DNA of 10,994 nt, taken from positions 1 to 10,994 of the IMG/VR virus record IMGVR_UViG_3300021963_008171; one strand, given 5' to 3'. This document shows, piece after piece, positions 6,807 through 10,994 of this stretch. Numbering within the stretch: the stretch's first letter is position 1; each line of letters starts with the position of its first letter. Below the pieces are notes generated by a model. It was not told where the DNA came from. It saw nothing but the letters and a program-made list of their open reading frames with translations, and made no database searches. This DNA is from a virus. Its lineage: Duplodnaviria; Heunggongvirae; Uroviricota; Caudoviricetes. Both the position numbers and the translations under genes were made by a program.

Positions 6807-7066
6807 TGGAAAAACCATACACAGACACTGTAACGATCGATTCCACGATTCGTAAATTTTCACAGGACATAGATCCAATAGAGCTCATGTGGCACAGGGA
6901 TCTTAAGAATAGATCAGTAAAATTATTGGAAGGATCCGGTTGGAAAATACAATTGGATAATTCCCTTCCCCTCGATTTCAATGAAATTACAATTCCTAAA
7001 CTAATATGGCATCGGGTCATCAAGGGATCTGGCAATCTTGTAGTGGAGATAAAGGAGTGGGATTAG
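6800..7066 (+). CDS. Small cupin-fold phage hypothetical protein
   Basis: Cupin-like His motifs WHRD and WHRVIKG. The start is either TTG 6800 or GTG 6806 (overlapping the upstream TAG as TAGTG). Confidence 0.7.
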   Translation: MVVEKPYTDTVTIDSTIRKFSQDIDPIELMWHRDLKNRSVKLLEGSGWKIQLDNSLPLDFNEITIPKLIWHRVIKGSGNLVVEIKEWD

Positions 7067-7083
7067 CGCGTATTCGCATCAAT

Positions 7084-7093
7084 TGATATATAG
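7084..7093 (+). promoter_or_regulatory. Second copy of candidate late-promoter motif TGATATATAG
   Basis: Exact match to 4989-4998, 4 nt before ATG 7098. Confidence 0.45.
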
Positions 7094-7097
7094 GGGT

Positions 7098-7304
7098 ATG
7101 AAAGAAGAAAAATCTGTCAACCCCTATTTAAGTGGAGAAAAAAACCCAAACTCTAAATTAACAGAATCTCAGGTTCAAGAAATCAGAACTTTGTACAAAT
7201 CCGGATCATTCACTATGATCCAGCTTGGTGAAAAATTTGGTATGTCAAGGAGAAGTATTTCCGCTATCATTAATAAGGATAGATGGAAACATATAGAATC
7301 TTAA
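7098..7304 (+). CDS. Stand-alone helix-turn-helix protein of the type found at the C-terminus of phage HNH endonucleases
   Basis: GEKNPNSKLTESQVQEIR...LGEKFGMSRRSISAIINKDRWKHI matches GE-x4-KLT-x3-V-x-EIR...FG-x-S-x3-I-x2-I-x4-W-x-H. No HNH nuclease part. ATG 7098 is preferred over TTG 7083. Confidence 0.75.
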   Translation: MKEEKSVNPYLSGEKNPNSKLTESQVQEIRTLYKSGSFTMIQLGEKFGMSRRSISAIINKDRWKHIES

Positions 7305-7320
7305 CATATACAATATCCAT

Positions 7321-9018
7321 ATGTACATACTTGGTATATCAGCTTATTACCACGACTCCGCTGCGTGTTTATTCAGAAATGGAACCTTATTGGGTGCAGC
7401 AGAAGAGGAGAGATTTACAGGAATAAAGGGTGATAAATCATTCCCCAAGAAAACCATAGATTGGCTTTTGAAATCAAATGGCATTTCTATATCTGATGTT
7501 TCCACTGTTTGCTGGTACGAAAATCCAGATCTAAAAAGGAGTAGGGTATTAAAAACGTTCAGAAAAAAACCAATCAGAAACTTTAGAAGGATAATCAAAT
7601 ATTTTTTATGGGACAGTTTTCCAAAGCTATGGAAGATATTGAACGAAGAGATAGGATTTTACGGAAAAATACATATAGTAGATCACCACCTTTCCCACGC
7701 ATCTCTTGCTTATTTCACCTCCTATTTTGAGGAATGTAACATAGTTACTGTTGACGGGGTAGGTGAACATGAAACTATAACAATTTCTAAAGCAGAAAAA
7801 AATAAAATAACCAAAATTGCTTCTATAAACTATCCGCATTCTTTGGGCTTGTTCTATTCAGCTTTCACAGCATATCTAGGATTTAAACCAAACGAGGGTG
7901 AATACAAGCTTATGGGTCTTGCAGCATACGGAGATCCCTCGATATACTCCGAAAAAATAAAAAAGACAATCTCTTTTAGCAACGGGGATCTGAATGTGGA
8001 TATGTCATATTTCACATGGGACTATTCAGACAAGATAATGTTCAACGAGAACCTGTGTCATTTATTAGATCTTCCTCCTAGAATGGATGGGGAATCATTA
8101 AATGATGAATACAAGCACGTAGCTGCTTCTGTTCAGAAAATATATGAAGAAATATTGTTTGAGATATTAAATCACAGCTACGAGCTTAATATGAGTGAAA
8201 ATTTGTGTTTAGGCGGGGGATGTGCCTATAACGGAGTAGCAAATGCTGGAATTCAAAAAAATACGCCATATAAAAAAATATGGATACCTCTATCTCCGTC
8301 CGATAGCGGATCTGCTATAGGTGCTTGTCTTCACTATATCAACGTGAAGAAGGGACAAAAAAAGAAGGGAGCATTTGAGCCATACCAGGGACCCTCATTT
8401 AATATAACCGAAATGAGATCCTCAATAATTAAATATGACGACAGGATTGAATGGGAACATATGGAGACTGGCCCATTGATCAAGAAAACAGCAGAACTCC
8501 TGAACACCGGAAATGTCTTTGGGTGGTTTCAGGGAAAGATGGAATTTGGAGCTAGAGCTCTTGGTAATAGATCAATATTGGCATCCCCTATATTCCCAGG
8601 AATGCAGGATAGAATAAACCTAGTGATAAAGAAGAGGGAGCTTTTTAGACCCTTTGCACCATCGGTTTCCTTCGATAAAGCCAGCACGTATTTCGAGATA
8701 GATTCTCCAGTTCCATATATGAATATGGTGGTTAAAGTGAAACCAGGATGGAATCTACCTGCTATAACGCATGTAGACGGCACTGCAAGGGTACAAACCG
8801 TAACATCGTTTGAAAATCCAAGATATCATAGACTATTGAAAGAAATGGAGGAATTATCAGGTTATCCAATACTATTAAATACATCTTTTAATTTTAAGGA
8901 TCAAACGATTACATTATACCCAGAAGATGCTATTATAAGATTTTTAGATTCAGAAATGGATTATTTAGTTTTAGGTAATTTTTTCATCTCAAAAAAGAAT
9001 ACCAATGATAGGTGTTAA
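7321..9018 (+). CDS. O-carbamoyltransferase, NodU/CmcH/TobZ family
   Basis: ILGISAYYHDSAA, AAEEERF, DHHLSHA (metal ligands), DGVGE, SLGLFYS, GEYKLMGLAAYG, GGCAYN, DSGSAIGA, GKMEFGARALGNRSILA, KRELFRPFAPSV, THVDGTARVQTV, LLNTSFN. Both the Kae1-like and YrdC-like domains are present. Confidence 0.96.
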   Translation: MYILGISAYYHDSAACLFRNGTLLGAAEEERFTGIKGDKSFPKKTIDWLLKSNGISISDVSTVCWYENPDLKRSRVLKTFRKKPIRNFRRIIKYFLWDSFPKLWKILNEEIGFYGKIHIVDHHLSHASLAYFTSYFEECNIVTVDGVGEHETITISKAEKNKITKIASINYPHSLGLFYSAFTAYLGFKPNEGEYKLMGLAAYGDPSIYSEKIKKTISFSNGDLNVDMSYFTWDYSDKIMFNENLCHLLDLPPRMDGESLNDEYKHVAASVQKIYEEILFEILNHSYELNMSENLCLGGGCAYNGVANAGIQKNTPYKKIWIPLSPSDSGSAIGACLHYINVKKGQKKKGAFEPYQGPSFNITEMRSSIIKYDDRIEWEHMETGPLIKKTAELLNTGNVFGWFQGKMEFGARALGNRSILASPIFPGMQDRINLVIKKRELFRPFAPSVSFDKASTYFEIDSPVPYMNMVVKVKPGWNLPAITHVDGTARVQTVTSFENPRYHRLLKEMEELSGYPILLNTSFNFKDQTITLYPEDAIIRFLDSEMDYLVLGNFFISKKNTNDRC

Positions 9019-9460
9019 TATATTTTCAGCTTCCGAGATAGCAACGAGCGATTACTCAAAAGAGCAGTTACCCAAATGGGAACTTGATATTGTGGATTAC
9101 AGAAAACTCTGCGACATAGGAAAGTCCGGGGTTGAGATTTTTGATCTAGGGCACTCTAGAATATCTCCAGAATTTCTAATTGCAAAAATATACAGGACAG
9201 GAACCAAAGTCACATCAAAACTTAGAACAAGAATGAATAATGGGGATTTGATAGAATTCGAAAGGAGTGAAATAATGTCAAATTTAGAATACGACTCATT
9301 ACAGGGAATAATACCAAGAACAACAATCAGGATCAATAACGAATCTGTAATTACAGAAAAATATAAGGAAATTCAAAAAGTACATGATTTTGATTCCCTT
9401 AGAGAATTCTATTCTAATGATTGGATTTCTTCTAAAAACCTAGAAACATTCCCTCAATAA
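9005..9460 (+). CDS. Hypothetical protein
   Basis: 151-aa ORF on the coding strand, overlapping the carbamoyltransferase stop by 14 nt and filling the gap to rpsU. No recognisable motif. Confidence 0.75.
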   Translation: MIGVNIFSASEIATSDYSKEQLPKWELDIVDYRKLCDIGKSGVEIFDLGHSRISPEFLIAKIYRTGTKVTSKLRTRMNNGDLIEFERSEIMSNLEYDSLQGIIPRTTIRINNESVITEKYKEIQKVHDFDSLREFYSNDWISSKNLETFPQ

Positions 9461-9461
9461 A

Positions 9462-9471
9462 TAAATATATA
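9462..9471 (+). promoter_or_regulatory. Variant of the candidate late-promoter motif (TAAATATATA) upstream of rpsU
   Basis: 4 nt before ATG 9476, the same spacing as the 7084 copy. Shares the ATATATA core. Confidence 0.35.
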
Positions 9472-9475
9472 AGTT

Positions 9476-9670
9476 ATGATAATTGTAGACGCAACGAAAT
9501 ACGGATCGATCGAACAGGCACTAAAGGTTTATAAAAACAAGGTTAATAAGACTAAAATGATTAACCAACTGAGAGAAAGACAAACTTACACCAAGCCGTC
9601 GGTAGTTAGAAGAAAGGAGGTACTTGATGCAATATACAAGCAACAAGTCATTAATTCCTTGGGAGATTAG
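9476..9670 (+). CDS. rpsU: Ribosomal protein bS21, phage-encoded, Bacteroidota-type
   Basis: 64 aa: SIEQALK-x-YK-x-KV-x-K...LRERQ-x-Y-x-KPSV-x-RR...A-x-Y54-x-Q. Stand-alone, with no other ribosomal genes nearby. Confidence 0.92.
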   Translation: MIIVDATKYGSIEQALKVYKNKVNKTKMINQLRERQTYTKPSVVRRKEVLDAIYKQQVINSLGD

Positions 9671-9695
9671 GTATTTAAACCAACACCCTAAATAT

Positions 9696-9974
9696 ATGAG
9701 TAACACCACTAAGGAAAAATGTGTTATGTGCGGGCAAGAAACCCAATATAACATATCGGACAACATTAATTTAAGATATGGATACATCGAAGGAATGGGA
9801 CAGCTTTGCTCTCCGTGCTACCAGGGGTCCTCAAGAAAGTCTTTTTTAGTGGACCACAGAACTGTTTTAGATACTCCCAATGATATGGAGCTAGGAGTTA
9901 AGATAAGAAAAGCGTATCATGATTCATTAGATTCCGCCCCACCAATGAAATGGGAATCCATCGGGAGAGTGTAA
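9696..9974 (+). CDS. Small zinc-finger-like phage protein (CxxC-x25-CxxC)
   Basis: KCVMCG-x-ET-x-Y...R-x-GYIEG-x-GQLCSPCY. The start is set at ATG 9696 because 9624 lies inside rpsU. Confidence 0.8.
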   Translation: MSNTTKEKCVMCGQETQYNISDNINLRYGYIEGMGQLCSPCYQGSSRKSFLVDHRTVLDTPNDMELGVKIRKAYHDSLDSAPPMKWESIGRV

Positions 9975-9979
9975 ACAAA

Positions 9980-10994
9980 ATGCCAAGAAAAATATCAGAC
10001 CAGTCTCTTAGATTTTTAAAAAGGTCAGTCTCCGGATCCTGGGAGATTGATGAAAATAATTCCATCATAATAGAGGGGGACCTGGACTGTGCAAGAGGCC
10101 TCTGGCCAGATCAGAAAGAACTCCCCAGATTAAACATTGAAAGGGTCTCTGGAAATTTTGATTGCTCTAACAATGCTTTAACCTCGCTGAGAAATGTGCC
10201 AAAGCATGTTGGAGGATCTTTTAGATGCTCGGGAAATAAGCTTACCTCATTAATAGGATCCCCAATAACAGTCGGATTAAATTTCGATTGCATGTACAAC
10301 CGAATCAAAACCCTAGAGGGATGTCCAGCTAAAATACCCGGAAGCTTTATAGCAGATTTTAATGAATTAGAATCACTCGAGTATGGCCCTGATATAGTTC
10401 TTGGTGATTATAGGATTTCCACAAATAAAATAACATCTCTTGTCGGATCCCCAAAAAGCATCAGTGGTTCTTTTCAATGCGAAAATAATATGCTAACCTC
10501 ACTTGTTGATGGACCTTCAGAAGTTGGAGGATTTTATAATTGCTCCGAAAATAGTCTATCGTCATTAAGCGGATCACCAAGTCACATCAAAGGTAGATTT
10601 ATATGTTCAAATAATTTATTGGAAACCCTGGAATTTGGTCCTAAGATAGTTGATGGCGATTATCTTTGTCATTCAAATAGGTTAAAGAATTTATTTGGAT
10701 CCCCCGAAAAAATGGGATCGGCTTTAAATTGCTCATCAAATTTGATAACCTCACTAGAAGGATTGCCCATAATGAATCCCGAGAATTTAGTTATATCATC
10801 TAATAAAATATCAGAGAAGACATTAATGATGTTAGCTAAAGATGTAGCTTTCGGAATACCATTTAGTGTGTCACTTGCATTATCATGGGATATGATAGAT
10901 TACAGGGATCAAGAAAATTTAAGTTGTTTTTTAGATTTTTTGAAAGTGTCTGATTATATTTTTGACAATTTTTCTAATGATCCAGTCGAGACCA
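9980..10994 (+). CDS. Leucine-rich repeat protein (21-aa repeats), 3'-truncated by the window edge
   Basis: Open frame from ATG 9980 to the window end (338 codons; MPRKISDQSLRFLKRSVSGSWEIDENNSIIIEGDLDC...). Not in the ORF track. Confidence 0.9.
   Translation, partial: MPRKISDQSLRFLKRSVSGSWEIDENNSIIIEGDLDCARGLWPDQKELPRLNIERVSGNFDCSNNALTSLRNVPKHVGGSFRCSGNKLTSLIGSPITVGLNFDCMYNRIKTLEGCPAKIPGSFIADFNELESLEYGPDIVLGDYRISTNKITSLVGSPKSISGSFQCENNMLTSLVDGPSEVGGFYNCSENSLSSLSGSPSHIKGRFICSNNLLETLEFGPKIVDGDYLCHSNRLKNLFGSPEKMGSALNCSSNLITSLEGLPIMNPENLVISSNKISEKTLMMLAKDVAFGIPFSVSLALSWDMIDYRDQENLSCFLDFLKVSDYIFDNFSNDPVET
10145..10774 (+). repeat. Ten tandem 63-bp (21-aa) LRR units, consensus V-x-G-x-F-x-C-x-x-N-x-L-T-S-L-x-G-x-P-x-x
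   Basis: Units start at 10145, 10208, 10271, 10334, 10397, 10460, 10523, 10586, 10649 and 10712. Examples: VSGNFDCSNNALTSLRNVPKH, VGGSFRCSGNKLTSLIGSPIT, ISGSFQCENNMLTSLVDGPSE. Confidence 0.92.

Noticed and set aside
7061-7080. GC-rich intergenic stretch GATTAGCGCGTATTCGCATC as a terminator
   Set aside because: Only a 3-bp core stem with a bulged extension and no U-tract; too weak to call.
6804-9670. Possible TAG stop-codon reassignment, as seen in some large phages
   Set aside because: Only three genes end in TAG (6806, 7066, 9670). Readthrough adds short tails without fusing genes, and the long conserved genes are intact under the standard code.
935-9695. Longer starts given in the ORF track (979, 6228, 7083, 9624)
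   Set aside because: They either overlap upstream genes or promoter-like motifs, or add residues before an evident signal peptide or domain start. Downstream ATGs at 934, 6258, 7098 and 9696 fit the tight gene packing better.
9963-9969. GGGAGAG as a Shine-Dalgarno sequence for the LRR gene
   Set aside because: It lies within the upstream coding sequence, and the GGAG core is 12 nt from the ATG. In an otherwise SD-less window it is likely coincidental.
31-10308. Short antisense ORFs in the track (31-216, 2233-2424, 2707-2961, 3831-4016, 5950-6138, 6552-6878, 6754-7035, 7347-7598, 7627-7839, 8529-8783, 9097-9336, 9521-9787, 10111-10308)
   Set aside because: All lie opposite longer, well-supported genes and show no motifs. 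They are typical shadow ORFs.
10145-10774. 63-bp periodicity as a CRISPR array or DGR template/variable repeat
   Set aside because: The repeats are conserved at the protein level with diverged DNA, with no identical direct repeats or spacers. There is no pair differing only at adenines and no reverse transcriptase in the window.

Overview
AT-rich, very densely packed coding DNA that reads as part of a large (jumbo-type) tailed phage genome, probably infecting Bacteroidota. The host call rests on a Bacteroidota-type bS21 with Tyr54, a near-total lack of Shine-Dalgarno sequences, a signal peptide apparently followed by Gln, and one TAnnTTTG promoter match. From left to right the window holds: the 3' end of an unknown gene; a secreted CAP-domain gene (minus strand); an SGNH-like gene; a sugar-nucleotide operon (SDR epimerase/reductase, RmlC-like epimerase, and unusually trimmed ThDP E1-alpha and E1-beta-like genes); a convergent DUF4254/DUF6165-like gene; a probable late, virion-related block (two genes sharing an MKHLK N-terminal leader, one of them a GH19 lysozyme-like enzyme, plus a conserved basic phage protein and a small cupin); a stand-alone HTH of the type found at the C-terminus of HNH endonucleases; a NodU/CmcH-family carbamoyltransferase; an unknown gene; ribosomal protein bS21; a CxxC zinc-finger gene; and a 21-aa leucine-rich-repeat gene that runs off the right end and is missing from the ORF track. 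No tRNA, rRNA, CRISPR array or transposase was seen. All family calls come from motif recognition by eye, not database searches.
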